Origin: Calcarisporiella thermophila CBS 279.70
Taxonomy: Eukaryota; Fungi; Calcarisporiellomycota
Reading direction: 5' to 3'
DNA: 64,000 nucleotides
NCBI RefSeq assembly: GCF_041956535.1
Contig: NW_027192198.1
Span: 854,940 to 918,939 of the forward strand
Shown here: one piece after another, positions 26,698 to 41,583 of the stretch
Numbering within the stretch: the first letter of the stretch is position 1
Layout: every line of letters starts with the position of its first letter
Translations under genes and position numbers: made by a program
The notes under the pieces: generated by a model
Told to the model about the DNA's origin: nothing
The model's database searches: none
Seen by the model: the letters and a program-made list of their open reading frames with translations, nothing else

Positions 26698-27949
26698 TTA
26701 ACTATAGCCTGGTATATTCTCAAGCGGAAATGATATGGGAGCCTCTTGGATCGCAGTTCGGTAGGAGGGTAGTCGCATTAGTATATTATGGTCATATGGT
26801 CGTATTGGCCTTTCTTGGGGTTGTTCTACCGTTTGTTCCCCTAAGGAATAAAGCGGTGTTTCTGTAGCAGAGGGGTAATAAGGCAAAGTTCCAAAGCTTT
26901 CATCGTAGCTCGGCAATTCACCACATAACTCCTCTGTACGAGCAATAATGGATATAGGGAGGGAGACACAAATTTGAGAGCAAAGTTTGTCTTTGTTCTG
27001 GAGTGTGATAAAGAAATTCAGCTCATGACGTATACGAATCAGAGAAATGGTGCAATCATAATGGGCGTATTTGGATGCTGTAGGGATATTTACTTCGAGA
27101 GTTTGTTCCCAGGATTTACAGCTGCTAATTTGGAGAAATCTAGAGGGGTCCACTTCAACAACACGCAAAACTAATTCAACAGTATGTGAGTTGTTCTGTG
27201 CTCGCATGGTGATACGCTCAGTGAGCGTGCAAGCAATATTTTTCACCCTCAACTCCTGGCAGAGCATAGTAAGCCTTAGGGTAATAGGAATTTTCCCGCC
27301 TAATTCATATGTATTCAAAGGTAGGTCGATCTCATATGCCACTTTATCCTTCCATTGATTTTCATACAGGATACTTTGGGTCAACTCGTTTGAACCAATC
27401 ACTGGAACCCGAACAACCCTTAAGGGGAGTTTGGCCACTAAATTAGAGAATAAGCTTGGTCGTTCAACTACAGCTTTGAGCCGATACCAAACATTGGCAC
27501 CACGATTAGTTTCGACCGTCTCTGGAATTGACCCAGGAATTCTTAATTCGAAATCCCAGGAATATTTGCCTTTAGCCAGATTGTGGTAGCGATGCGGCTC
27601 TAAAAACACCCACTCATGCTCCAAGACCGTCTTCTCTTCACGAAAGAGTAAATATACTTGATGCGATTTATCCTTAGCTATCAATAGAATAATCAGTAGA
27701 GCATTAAACAAAAAATACCTCAATGTGAGAACCCATTTACTCAAGAATCCGATTGTCACCTTCTTTCCATTCAACTTTCATTTTTCCGTTACATTGCAGT
27801 GTCACACTTTTCACCTTCATAGGTTCGTCCAAAACCATAACTAATTTTCCACGAAGAAGAGCACCAGCAGCTTCGGCTTCTGAACCTCTCAATATCACAT
27901 CCTGACTATCAATGAGGATCTCAATGTGGGCATTGGAGGAACTAAACAT
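26698..27949 (-). CDS. Alpha-arrestin (CreD/Rod1-like ART adaptor)
   Basis: VILRGSEAEAAGALLRGKLV, WDFELRIPGSIPETVE, YRLKAVVERP, IRHELNFFITLQN and LPSY (PY-like) motifs; one intron near 27677-27740. Confidence 0.9.
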
Positions 27950-28496
27950 GAGAACTATTATTGATAAATTGGTGTGCAATAGCTAAAGGTGGTGATGAGA
28001 ATTAGTTATCTTATTAAGCTCAAGCGTGATACTGAGAGATTTATATCCAAAACGGTACTAGAAATAATTTTTAATATTTTCAGAGTAGTACGTCTGTGAG
28101 GAGAGTTAAAGCACGTGATACTAATTGATAGAAGTCCGTTCCAAAAAAGAAATTTCGAATATAATGCAATATTTCTTTGATTTCTTTGATGGCCTAAGCT
28201 GATGTATAGGCAGAGTAAGCTCGGAAGTTCACGTCAAACCCAGTTTACTTGTGCATTAAAGGTAATAATGGATCCAAGTGGTCCGTCTTTCGCCTTATGG
28301 ACATTCTGGAATAGCTTAATAAGCTTTAATCCGAAAGAAAGAAATCGCGTTTTAAAAAAGTATGCTTTGCTATTTTACTTGGTATGGCCAGGATAAGCAT
28401 CTAAATGTGCTCGAATTACTACGTATTGGTAATATACTACCTCTCTCCTTACTAGAAAGTAAGATGGCGTTTTATTTGTTCTATTTTTCCGATCCT

Positions 28497-29621
28497 TTAT
28501 TCTCCCATATCAAAATAGCTTGCTATCCAGTATTCTTCTGGTTGTGTTTGCGAGTCAATCCAGCATACACCATCACTTAACAGAGTACCCTTTGGATATG
28601 CAGAGTGTCAGTGCTGAGCTTCTGTGCTCTATTCTGTTAAATATACTCACTAATGCATCTGCGGTTCGATCATCTATCCATCCCAACTTCTCTTTTACCA
28701 TCTTATATGTAACATAGCCATGATTCTATCATTAATTTCTCAAGAACATTATTAGAATGTCCTCACAATATATGGCCGTGATAGTTTACCTGCGCTAATG
28801 CTAGCACTGCAGTCTGATCTGTATTCAACTCCCTAGGTACGGATCGCACTAATCTTCGATTTGCAATTTTGATGAGCTCGAAGCCGTTTCCTAGAGGTCT
28901 TAGGGTCTTAATAGACCTAATAATATCGTCACTACACGAGTCTCAGTTGCATAAGTGTAGTTTGCAAAATAGCTAAGAGATAGTAATCTTACTCTCCAAT
29001 TTCCTGTGCATGTCGCCCTCGCATTTTGAGAATTCTCTTTTTTAACTCTTCAAATTCTATCAGTCCACCATTACGTGAACGCGTCGCCAGACAAACTTCG
29101 ACGATCTGAATTCCTAGTTCATAATAGAAGTCGCCTACTCCTAGCAATTCAGCCCAAAATCCTTTGTTTGCTATCGGAGGTAAACTGTTATTAGTCACTT
29201 GGGCACTGAAGAAGGTTATTGACAGAATTAATATACAAGCTAGAGGATCTACGCCAACATTTCCACACATCCGCTGGAAATGCATACGGAAAACGGGATC
29301 TTTACGGATATCTTTTTTATATTTGCGAGCAAAATCCTCAAGGTGGGAGCGAAAAATTTCAAGCTGCTTCTTGAGCTTGTATCAACAACGTTAAAGTTAA
29401 TAAAGAAATATCTTGATGCAAGTAAAAAAGAAGAATTTACCTGCTCTATTTCAGTAGCAGCAAGCTCATTTCCGATCTCTTTATATTTTTCCTGTTGATC
29501 AATTAAAAGATGTCAGGGTAATAAGAATAAAACATAGATTAGGTAAGAAGAAAGAATTCACACTAACATTGGCATTTTTCTGGCGCACAAGACCAGCTAC
29601 TCCTAGTCCGCGTCGTCGCAT
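28497..29621 (-). CDS. SNF8: ESCRT-II subunit Snf8/Vps22 (multi-exon)
   Basis: [11 protein letters not shown]..., [63 protein letters not shown] and [12 protein letters not shown]. Confidence 0.94.
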
Positions 29622-30028
29622 GCTATTAGAGAATTATAATATAAAAAAACGGTCCTTGAAATTTAAGCCTTGTCCCAGCTAAAAATGTTGCCTAATACTC
29701 GAATCAAGATATCTCAGAGCGACCATTTAACAATTTTCTGATTTACACTATTTTCGTGATGATAACAGCAGTATGTGCACATATTTCCAATATGGTATGA
29801 CCTGCTGAGGCTGTCCCTCGTTACGCTATTGTGGAAGAGCTCTTTTAGACAATCTAATAACCTATTATTTTTGAAATTGGCACTGCCCCAAGTTCAATTT
29901 TGTCGGCATGTGCCCGCATAACTCTGCCACCGAAATTTTTGCCACTCTAGATTTAAAGACCCTAGATCTTCGGATTTGTCCTTGAGTCGCTATAGCACAC
30001 TCTCCTCCTTCCTTTGCTGCCCTAACCA

Positions 30029-33000
30029 ATGTCGCAAGTCCGACTTACCCCTCGTATCCCGCGTGAAATATCGCTTGGTCGTTTCAAGAATTTCATTTCA
30101 CCAGATGCTTTCGGTGATGTCAATCTCTTCTCTGTCTTGTACAAGCATCGCACAAATTCCCCATTCAATATCGATCTGAGCGTGTATTCGGTTCCAGAGC
30201 TGGCCCGCATCTCTTTTGAGGAAGCTGTAAAGCAGGAGTATCACCCAACGCGAATTGGAGCTCGGTTCGGACCCACTTGGGTAATATATGCTCCTTTTTG
30301 AAATTTAATAATGTTATGGAAGCATTCAAATCCTCTCATTATAGTCAACTCATTGGTTTCGTGTTAACATCAGCATTCCAGATGACTGGGCTAGTGAGCC
30401 CGTTTGGCTCCTCTGGGATTCTTCAAATGAGGTTCTTATTTGGTCTGCAGAAGGAATACCGCTTGCCGGCCTAACAGGAACTGAGAGCCCCCGTTTTCTT
30501 CATCGCGAATTTCAAATTACATCGTGTGCTAAGGGAGGTGAAAAGCTCACTATTTACGTTGAAATGGCATGTAATGGCATGTTTGGCGCAGGCGCATCCA
30601 TTCCCGGAATCCCTGCAAGCATCAATATACAACCTCCTGACGAAAATAAATTCTTTACATTGGATATGGTGGACCTTGTGGTACCACGACTGAATGCTTG
30701 GGACCTATTATATGATTTTGATATCGTGAGACAGGTGGCCCAAGACTTGCCTGCTGATCATCCTCGCTCTGCAGAGGCTATAGTTGCTGCTCATGAGATA
30801 ATCAATTCATTTGACGTGGACGATCCGATCACATCCATACCTGAGGCACGAAAAGTAGCTCATGAGTTTTTAAGTGCAACCACAAGTGAACGTGGGCATC
30901 GGATCAATGCGATTGGAAACTGCCACATAGGTAAGTGGTGACTAGCCGAATATATTATTAAATTCAGTTCAATATTTTCCGTTGGAAATAGACACCGCAT
31001 GGCTTTGGCCATACGATGAAACCAAGCGTAAAATTGCACGCAGCTTTGCCCGACAACTACGGTTGATGGAGCAGTATCCTGAATTTAAGTTCACAGCATC
31101 ACAAGCGCAGCAGTTTGAGTGGTTGGATGAGCATTACCCAGCTCTATTTGCCCAAGTGAAAGAAATGGCAAAAGCTGGTAAATTCTTGCCTATTGGCGGG
31201 GTAGGACATCGATCTGTTTTCAGGAGCCCATTCATTTATTTGTTAACGAGACACTTAATCTCTAGACTTGGGTAGAAATGGACTGCAATGTTCCGAGCGG
31301 AGAATCTTTTTGTCGCCAGTTTCTCCATGGGTACTCTTCAAGACTAACGAGATATCCTCAATTGCTTACTCAACTCTCGCAAATTTAGACAACGCTATTT
31401 TGAAAAAGTATTCGGACATCGTTGTAAAATATTTTGGTTACCAGACACCTTTGGATATTCTTCACAGGTATAATCTTCCCACCGCCGCTCCCCTTCGCTC
31501 TAAATTTCTTTTCTTAACAAATAAGTTATTTGTCATTTGCATGTAGCTCCCCCAGATTATTGTGAAATCCGATATGAAATATTTCTTTACCCAGAAACTT
31601 TCGTGGAATAATATAAACAAGGCAAGCATTCTATCAGACCGTTTTTAATATCAATAGGCACTAACACTTCAAATGGTTTAGTTCCCAAACACCTCTTTTT
31701 ACTGGGTTGGCCTTGATGGCTCCAAGGTACTTACACACATGGCTCCTGGTGAAACTTATGAAGCACAGTGTACAGTTCAGGAGCTGCTAAAAAGTGTGCG
31801 TAATAATCGAGACAAAGAGTATAGTCGCCATAGCCTTCTTCTTTTTGGAAATGGCGACGGAGGTGGTGGAGCTCTCCCAGGAATGTTAGAGCGCTTGAGG
31901 CGATTACAAAACTTAGACCCATTGCCTCGCGTGGAAATTGTATCAGTGGACGAATTTTTTGAGAGATTGGAAAAAGAGTCCAGAGAGTTAGTTGCTTGGA
32001 AAGGCGAGCTGGTAAGAGTTCTTTTAAACATCTCTAACTTCGATGAAGCTTAACTTATCTTCCACAAGTACTTTGAGCTCCATCGTGGTACTTACACGAC
32101 CCACGGTCACATCAAATGGTTCAATCGAAAAATTGAACTTCTTTTGAGAGATGCAGAGTTCATAGCTACCATACTCAGCTGCAAAGATACTTCTCACAAC
32201 TATGAGTATCCCCGAAAGGAACTGGAGCGTCTATGGAAAATAATTTTGCTGTATTCATTTTTTTTATAACATGTCTTTTTCAGGCTATTAATTCAAAACG
32301 CATGCTTATAGGAATCAATTTCACGATGTTCTCCCTGGATCTTCAATAGAACTTGTCTATAAGGATGCTCGCCGTGTGAGTATTTGCTGCGTATCCACTT
32401 CAAATCTATATATTGATTAGTATGCACTGGTTTAGCTCTATCACGATGCTCTTGAGAGCGGCACCAGGCTCCGACACCAGCTGCTCTCTAAACTATTAAG
32501 TCTCAGCTCTAAACATTCCTCCAGTAGTGTGGATAGAGGAATCTTAGTGCTCAACACCCTATCCTGGCCTCGTACTGAACTCGTCCGGGTGCGTGGCATT
32601 GAGGGATTGCCTCAGTACAGCACAGATGGCAAAGAGGGATATGCCCTCATAAATGCAGCAGTTGCTCTTGGGTCTAGTGGAATAAATAATATGGAAATTG
32701 GAAAAGTGGAGCCTGTTCATGGTAACTAGTTTAGAAAATCCCAGTTCTACTCTAGTCTAAACCAATTTTTACCACAGTTGAGGAGACTGAAGACGGCGTC
32801 TTATTGCTCCAAAACATGTACATTGCAGCTAAATTCGATTTAAAAGGACGGCTGATAAGCCTGAAAGATCTCAAGATAGAGTAAGTTACAAAGTACAATG
32901 TTGTTTTTTGTAGATTGGTTTAGATCAATTTTTTTCACTCTAGCCGTGAGTTGATTGTGGAAGGCAAACCAGGAAATATTTTCAAGATCTTTGAAGATAT

Positions 33001-34376
33001 TGTAAGTGTATCTCAATTAGATTATTTGGTCCAATTTGCTAATCCTGCTATATTGGTTCTCCTAGCCCCTCTATTGGGATGGTAAGAATCTTATCTTTTA
33101 TTCCGATTTCTTAATAAGTATCAACTGACCTGATTCGCACAATTTACTCAACTATACCACAATATAGCATGGGATGGTATGTTTCCATATTCTTAGCCAT
33201 TTCTACTTAAGCTAAACTCCTTCCTGTTTTATTGTAGTTGAAATATATCACATGGACAAATATCGCGAAGTGTTCGAGGGACATATACAGGTAATCATAT
33301 ATTACTCTGCAGAAACAACAATGGAGTTAATGTCTCTTTGTATTTCACACTGTATTAGATTAATGAAAGGGGTCCGCTTCGTGCTTCCCTCGAGCTGACG
33401 CTAAAAATATCAGAGCACAGCTCAATTAAACAACTGATTGTTCTAACAGCGATTTCGCGACGGTTGGATTTCGAGACAGTGATCGACTGGAATGAGAATA
33501 GGAAGTTTTTGGTAGGATGATAGTAAAAATAGAGGATTAAAAAGTGGAGGCTAACTTGATTGCATCAAATCACAGAAAGTGGAGTTTCCCTTTGACATTA
33601 ATGCCGATTATGTATGGCCTTCATATTGCATTTTTAGCCTTTTTCTTCTAACCACTATGACTGCTGACAGGCCACGTACGAAACCCAGTTTGGCCACATT
33701 GAGCGGCCAACCCATTTCAACACCACCTGGGACGCAGCGAAATTTGAAGTATGTGCTCATAAATACGCGGATCTCTCAGAGTATGGTTATGGAGTTGCCC
33801 TCTTTAACGATTGCAAGTACGGCTATGCAACTCATGGCAACACAATGCGACTCTCTCTCCTACGCTCCCCCAAAGCTCCAGATGCGAATTCAGATATAGG
33901 TAGGCACTTTGTGAACTATGCAGTGTATCCGCATGAGGGGCATTTCATGCAATCCGATGTGGTGAAGCAAGCCTATCAGTTTAATGTCCCTCTCTTGACG
34001 ATGACGTGCCCCAAGGAGGTGGCTGAGAGTATCACTCCAACTTCATATTTCTCCATACATGGTGCGGATAATATCTTGCTTGAGACCGTTAAGATGGCCG
34101 AAGATTCTCAAGAGGTTATATTGAGATTGTATGAGGCTTATGGCGGAAAAGCTGTAGCTTATTTGAAAAGGTACTGTTTTGCCGCTAATGGTTTTCCTGT
34201 ATTATTGTTGACTTCTGACATACGATTATACTAGTGCGCTTCCTGTAAAGCGAGTGTCCCTTTGCAACATCATGGAGGACGAAGAAGTAAGCTTGACGTA
34301 TACTTCAGAGCAAGGCATAAAACTTATGTTCAAACCTTTTGAACTATTGACGTTGAAGTTGGTTGTGAAGGATTAA
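30029..34376 (+). CDS. AMS1: Cytosolic/vacuolar alpha-mannosidase, GH38, many exons
   Basis: [70 protein letters not shown] and [12 protein letters not shown]. Confidence 0.96.
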
Positions 34377-34534
34377 CATTCCTTTTACCTCATTTATATA
34401 TAAAATCGTAGTATTTTATATTTATTTTTAGTAAAAGCTACTATTGTTAAATGATGAGGAATTCCAAAATTCCCAAGAGTTCCACGCCAGATTATGAGTT
34501 TCTAATCAGGTGTTTTTTTTTTCAGCTATTCACA

Positions 34535-36446
34535 CTAGTATTCATTAGCTACCTTTGCTTTTTCGGCCTGCAATTTTAATGAATCAGGGGCATCCATTGA
34601 ATCCATGAACACGACCTCAACAAAATGGATTTTATCGCGCTGTGTCACTGCTTTTTTCATTGCCTCCTCTAATTCTCCGCGTGTCTTAACCACACATTGC
34701 ACTCCGGCCTGGCCCTCTTGAGCACCAAAGTACTCCAATGTTTTGACATATTGCCAAGGATGGATATTGTTGTATTTGCGGTTCTCTCCATGAATCAGTT
34801 TCTCGATTGTATATCCGCCGTTGTTCAACAGCACGATCACCGGTTTAACTCCATAACGCAACATAGTTGACACCTCTTGTGCCGTGAGCTGGAACGAGCC
34901 GTCACCCACCAGTAATATAATCTGCCTTCCATGGGGTTCACCGGCCTTACAGCACCCAAGACAGGCACCGACGGTGTACCCGATGCTCCCGAACAATATC
35001 TGACTCACAAAGGTAGCTCCATCTGGGAACTTCGTAGCTAGTGCTCCAAATACTGCAGTGCCTGTCTCGGCGAGAATAATATTATCTTTGTGCATAAATT
35101 CTGAGAGCTGGGGCCAGAAATAGCGGTGGGTGATGCCGTCTGTGGACGAGCCTGGTTCCTTCTCTAAAAGAATGGGGCGATCGAACGTACATTTACGAGG
35201 AGAGATACGTTTTGCTAGAGCTGGAAGTAGCTCGTGCATGCTCACGCGATCGTAGAGTGCATAAAATACTTTTGTATGATCACTATGAAGCTCTATGGTT
35301 CGGTTCATTCCAACATGGTAGCTGAAACCTCCTGTATTAAAGTCACTATCGTTGGAGAAGCGTATGCTTTAGAGATTAAAAGATGTAACATACAAATAAC
35401 ATCGTCAGTTGTTTAAATACCTGCGAATTGCTCCAACATTTAAAACTAGATCTGCTTTTTTGAATTCCTCAATCACCGCCGGCAGACTCGTCTCTCCAGA
35501 GTACACTCCGCGGAACTGTGGGTGTGATTCGTCAATAGCACCCTTGGCAAAAGGAGACGCGAAGAACGCTAATCCCGTTCGCTCCACCAACTCGGTCGTT
35601 TCCCGGATTACTTTATGGCGAACTACGCAGCCATCCACGAGTATAACGGGGTGTTTTGCCTTCTCAACCTCTTGCAAAATTGCTTCCAGAGTTGCTTCAA
35701 ACTCTTCAGAGGTACATTGCTGTTTTTTCTTGAGAGGTAGAGGTTGCATATCAACAGTGATCTTGTGAGAAACGACGTCGGTCGGGATGGACAGGTAAAC
35801 TGGAGATTAGTCGGAAGAGATGACAAAAAAAAAGATTAGGCTCATGTAATTATATGACGAATATCTTTCTGCTCCATTTCTATTCCAACTTACCCGGCCG
35901 AACTTTCTGGACGCACGTCGTCAGCACGCGATCGATAGTCTCAGCTGCGTTCTCTTGAGTGATCATCCCATTAGCCACAGTGATTTCTTGGTACATGCGC
36001 TCATAGACGCGGAAATCTGAATTGCCAAGGGTGTGGTGGAGAAGCGCACCGTGTGCCTGTAATTTCGTTGAAGGTACGCCGACAATATGAACTACGGGAA
36101 CCAGCTCAGAAAAGCTGCCGGCCACAGCTGCACAACTCCCGAGTTCTCCAACCCCAAATGTTGTTGATAGTGCTGCAATACCGTGGATACGCGCGTATCC
36201 ATCTGCTGCGTACCCGGCATTCAGCTCATTTACGCATCCAACCCAATTCAAATCTTTGTCGTCTTCAACTGTGTGCCGTAAATATTGATTAGCAAGTTTG
36301 GAGAATCAAAAGTCTATATTGTTAATATTACTGTAGTCCAAGAAGCCTAGCGAAAAATCCCCAGGGACCCCAAATACATCCTTGATACCGAGCTCCTTGA
36401 GACGTTCCAAGAGATACTCTGCAATAGTTAGCGTTTTAACGGCCAT
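34535..36446 (-). CDS. PDC1: Pyruvate decarboxylase family (ThDP-dependent 2-oxoacid decarboxylase)
   Basis: [50 protein letters not shown] and the ThDP motif [11 protein letters not shown]...[13 protein letters not shown]. Confidence 0.93.
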
Positions 36447-36753
36447 TGGTAATGAGGCACTGTGAAATTAAGAAAGTTAGGCAAGGGAGATTTTGAGAAG
36501 CGAGGCGCACAGCCTTGAGAATATACCTTTTAGCTTTTAATGTTTGTGGGTAAAATTACAATGAATTCAGAAGAGTAGAATGCGAGAATTCGTTAATAGA
36601 AAACGCCCTTTTTAATTCTCCTTTTTATCGGCGGCAAAATTTAACGAAGACAGTCACTTGGACAAACGTCATCGGTTCTGAGTGCAACCACACCTTTACT
36701 ATTCCATTTATTGCAATCATTTTTACATTTTTTATACGAATATCCTTGCCGTG

Positions 36754-38990
36754 ATGTCACATCACATCGAAGGCGATCTTTACATTCGAACGCTTACAAA
36801 TTATCTGAGATCCAATATACGCCGATTGCTTGGCGATGACGCGACTTTTTCAAGCAGAGACGATCGACAGCAACAGAATGTACATAAATTCCTTTCGTTC
36901 CTTGATATATCTGCTGCTACGAGAGAAAGCCCCTCATCAACATCTACAAAATCGTCACAATCAAGACAGGTTGATTCTGTCTCGCGCTCCGCGATACTCA
37001 CATTAGATGCTACACAGCTCTACTATTTGCTTAGTCGATTTGAAGCCCTAGGATTCAATATCGGAGATGCTAGACTTAATTCAGACGATAGAGGGAGAAC
37101 TCTCGCGGAAGATATCGTTCATCGACCCAGGTCACGAAGCCCATCCTGTTCATCGATTGACTCTCGGCGCTCATCCATGACCACTGCATCTATTTTATCG
37201 AGTTGGAACTGGTGGTCATCAAGCAATGCTGATCGCCAGACTAAATCAACCATAGAAGATGAAATTCGATATATTTATAACGTGTTCAGTAAATTGCCTG
37301 GAATACGACTATTATTACACCAGCATCCGAATGCGCGAAGAATTGCTAAATTCGATTCCCTCCCTGATGAAGTTGTCCTATCGCTTACCACTTTCGCTTC
37401 ATTAACACATCTAGAACTACATCGAATTAGTATACATCAAGTGAATGGGCTTGATAAAATGTTCAAGAGATTACGCTCTCTTACGTGCCGGCACGCATTG
37501 AGCGAGGTTTCTGAGTTGCTGGATGCAGTTCGAATTCCTACCAATGACTCTGACGAAAACGCACAATCGAATGATACTTGGGAAAACTTGAAATACCTGG
37601 CTCTTATCGATAACTCTCTTACCTCCCTTACCAACGACGACCTCTCTCCCTTTGCCGCCAGCCTTACCCACCTCGACCTCTCCCACAACCTTTTTATCTC
37701 ACCGCCTCCTGCGCTGGCCACCCTCTTTTGTCTCGAATCTCTAGTTCTCTCCCATAACATGATAAATTCCATCACAGGCATCAACACAATGCTAGGGAAA
37801 ATCACCAGCATCGACCTAAGACACAACCGACTAGATAATTTGTGCGGCTTGGAGCGGCTATGGGCTCTTGAGAAAGCAGATGTAAGAGATAATTTATTGG
37901 CAGAGGCTGATGAAGTAGGGCGGCTGGCAGGGCTACCAAACTTGAAAGAAGTTTGGTGCTCCGGAAATCCCTTTTGTTCTCGCCAGGTAAATGTTCAAGG
38001 GTTCTGTTATTGGATTTCTTTTTCGTTCAATTTAAATTAACATGCTCTCTCCAGCCAAATTACCGTGTAGTGCTCTTCTCTTTATTTAAATACAACAATC
38101 TTGATATCACCATTGATGGAAGTGGTCCTTCAATGCTTGAACGCCGACAAATTTCAACCGCATCGCAAAAAGATAGCGATGCACCCGTAGCTGTTGTTAA
38201 TTATTCCATCCTGAGTCAACCAGTCGCAGAAACTGAGGTTCCGTCAAGCCATTCGCTAAAACCTTCAAGTTCCGGCGCATCTCACCTAGGACCCAAAGTT
38301 GAAGTGAAGTCCATAACACTTCCTAAGGCCAATTCGAAAAAAGATAAATCTCATCGGAAGCGAGGTGCCCGTCGAATCGTTAGTCTTGACGCGGAGCCAG
38401 AAGAGGGGGATGGTGCTGATGAAACAGTGATGGCTGGCAATGAGAGTAACAATACGATACCCGTCAGTGGTTCGCGGCCAACAGATTCAGAGGGGGAACC
38501 AATTCAAAGGCGCCATGTACATCGTGTAGCCTCATTAGAAGCATCTTCATTAGGAAATGGAAGCGAGCATGGTGAGGAATCAAGCGGCTCCTCTCCTACT
38601 TCTCTTGACCGGCGACCCCGCTCTCCACCCCGGTTTTCTGCTCGTTCAAACCATCACCAGCACCACTCAGTTGCTTCCAACTCGTCAGGTTCTCGTCGTA
38701 CTTCGCCAACTCGGTCCCGGTCCCCAACACCGACCAGATTCTTTTCGTATGGTGGTCTAGATACTGGCGATCAGTTTAGGAGGAAGATCGAAGCTTTGCG
38801 CAATGAGGCGGGAAGTACATGGCTGAGAGTCCTGAGTGAGATGGAGTATGCTTCCGGCACAACCAGCGGAAACTCACCAGCTTCATTGGCAGCCACCTCA
38901 AAGGACGAGAGCCACGGTTATGGTGAGAGAAGAAGAGGAAGTGCACCCAGTAGCAGCGTAGGCTCGCCAGTCTTCTCCCCACCCACCTAA
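36754..38990 (+). CDS. Leucine-rich repeat protein (nischarin/SDS22-type LRRs) with a Ser-rich disordered C-terminus
   Basis: LKYLALIDNSL, LTHLDLSHNLF, LESLVLSHNMI, IDLRHNRL and the LRR cap GNPF..QPNYRVVLF; conserved tail FRRKIEALRNEAGSTWLRVLSE; intron ~37987-38053. Confidence 0.85.
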
Positions 38991-39571
38991 ATTAGTCATA
39001 TCTTCTATGCTCTCCTAATCGCTCGTGTTTTATGTCATCTACTTATTTCTTTGCCTCTCTAATTTACTTTATTTACGCCTTGATCCTTTTTTTCTACTCT
39101 CTTTCCTGCATACGTTCCGCAAATACTCGCAACCAATACATATATCCTTTCCGTACCAAGAAAAATTCAGTAGAACCAACCTCGATTAGGGAAAACTGAA
39201 TATAAAACCAAGTAATAAACCCACACCGTCAATTTTAAAAAATATTCAATGTTTCAATTATGAAAAATGAATATGAAAAATTGATGCTTTGGGAGGGGGA
39301 TCATCCTCGTCAAAACAAATAAACTGTAGGTTTATTAAAACAATCTCCTTTGATCCTAATGCCATAGCAAAAAAGTCAATTTCGCAAAAATTGCACCAAG
39401 GAATATTTAATCCGTTTAAGATATGGAATCTATGGTGTATTATGAAATATCCCTCCGATTGCATGAAATTCATTCGGCTTAAAAGGTATATGGTAGGAAG
39501 TTGTGACTGTTTCGTGCCTTTCCAAGCTTCTCAGTCTCCACATTACTCTATTCGCGTAAATCGCGTTCGAG

Positions 39572-40566
<995 letters not shown>

Positions 40567-41583
40567 CATTCGGCCACAAGCTAGTGATCTAAGTATGGGT
40601 TGAGAGAACATGCGTGTGATGTTCTTTTTTTAGTTGCTCTATTTGATTGTATATTCCGAGCTTTATCAGTTTGCAGGGGGCTTTTTCAACCGCACAATAC
40701 CTACAGAACCCCCTTACTTGGCACGAGAACCCTACAATTCCTCGCTATTGTACAGGGAAAGTGGTGGGTGAAAGATGACGTCGAAAGGATCGTTTTGGAG
40801 GACTTTTATTTTGGATGTTTTTTATCGAATCAATAAACTACCAAAAAGTGCTCCCTCCGAAATGAAACAAACATAACAAACCAAATCATAGTTTTAGAAT
40901 TCTAAGAGAAATCCACACATCGAAGAAACTAAGTCCACACCAAGCTCCTGCCCTCGATCTGTATGGAACAAGCCGACAAAAGCAATAGGAAACCTGGGAG
41001 GGGAACATAAGAGACAAGAAAATGGGTCTATCAAACCTTAGAAGTATATTAATATACGCTCCTGAGTGGTTATTCCTATTAATGAAAAGTTTTTTCTCAG
41101 ACTGTCACAAGTGATGATTTGTGAGGCGTTTTGATTGGACGGATGAGAAACAACGTCCGAGCACGCCTTTACTAACACTTGCTTTTTTATTATTGCTAGT
41201 CTAACGGCTCCTCACTAGGCTCTGTCCCTTTTCCTCCCTGTATTTTCATGCTCATTCTCTTCTTTTATCTTCCGTTGTTTTTGCACTCTTCTTGATTCAT
41301 TATTTCTCATTACTTCTTCCAAAATATAGTCTGCATTTTGTTTTTTCTCTCCCTCCCCCTTTTTGGTTGCTCTTTATTTTCATTTTTATTTTTTCTTGCC
41401 TGCAATTATCACTTCTGTCTATATACATTCTTAGCCAAATCACATCTCTACTCCTTCTTGCAACCCTCTCTTCGCTACACTCTTTGAACAAGTAAGTGTG
41501 CATTCCTTCCGGCACAGTAGTCTGATCTTCTAAATTAGAGGCGTTGTTTACTGATGATCATCCCAATTGGCCGAGTAGTAAAC

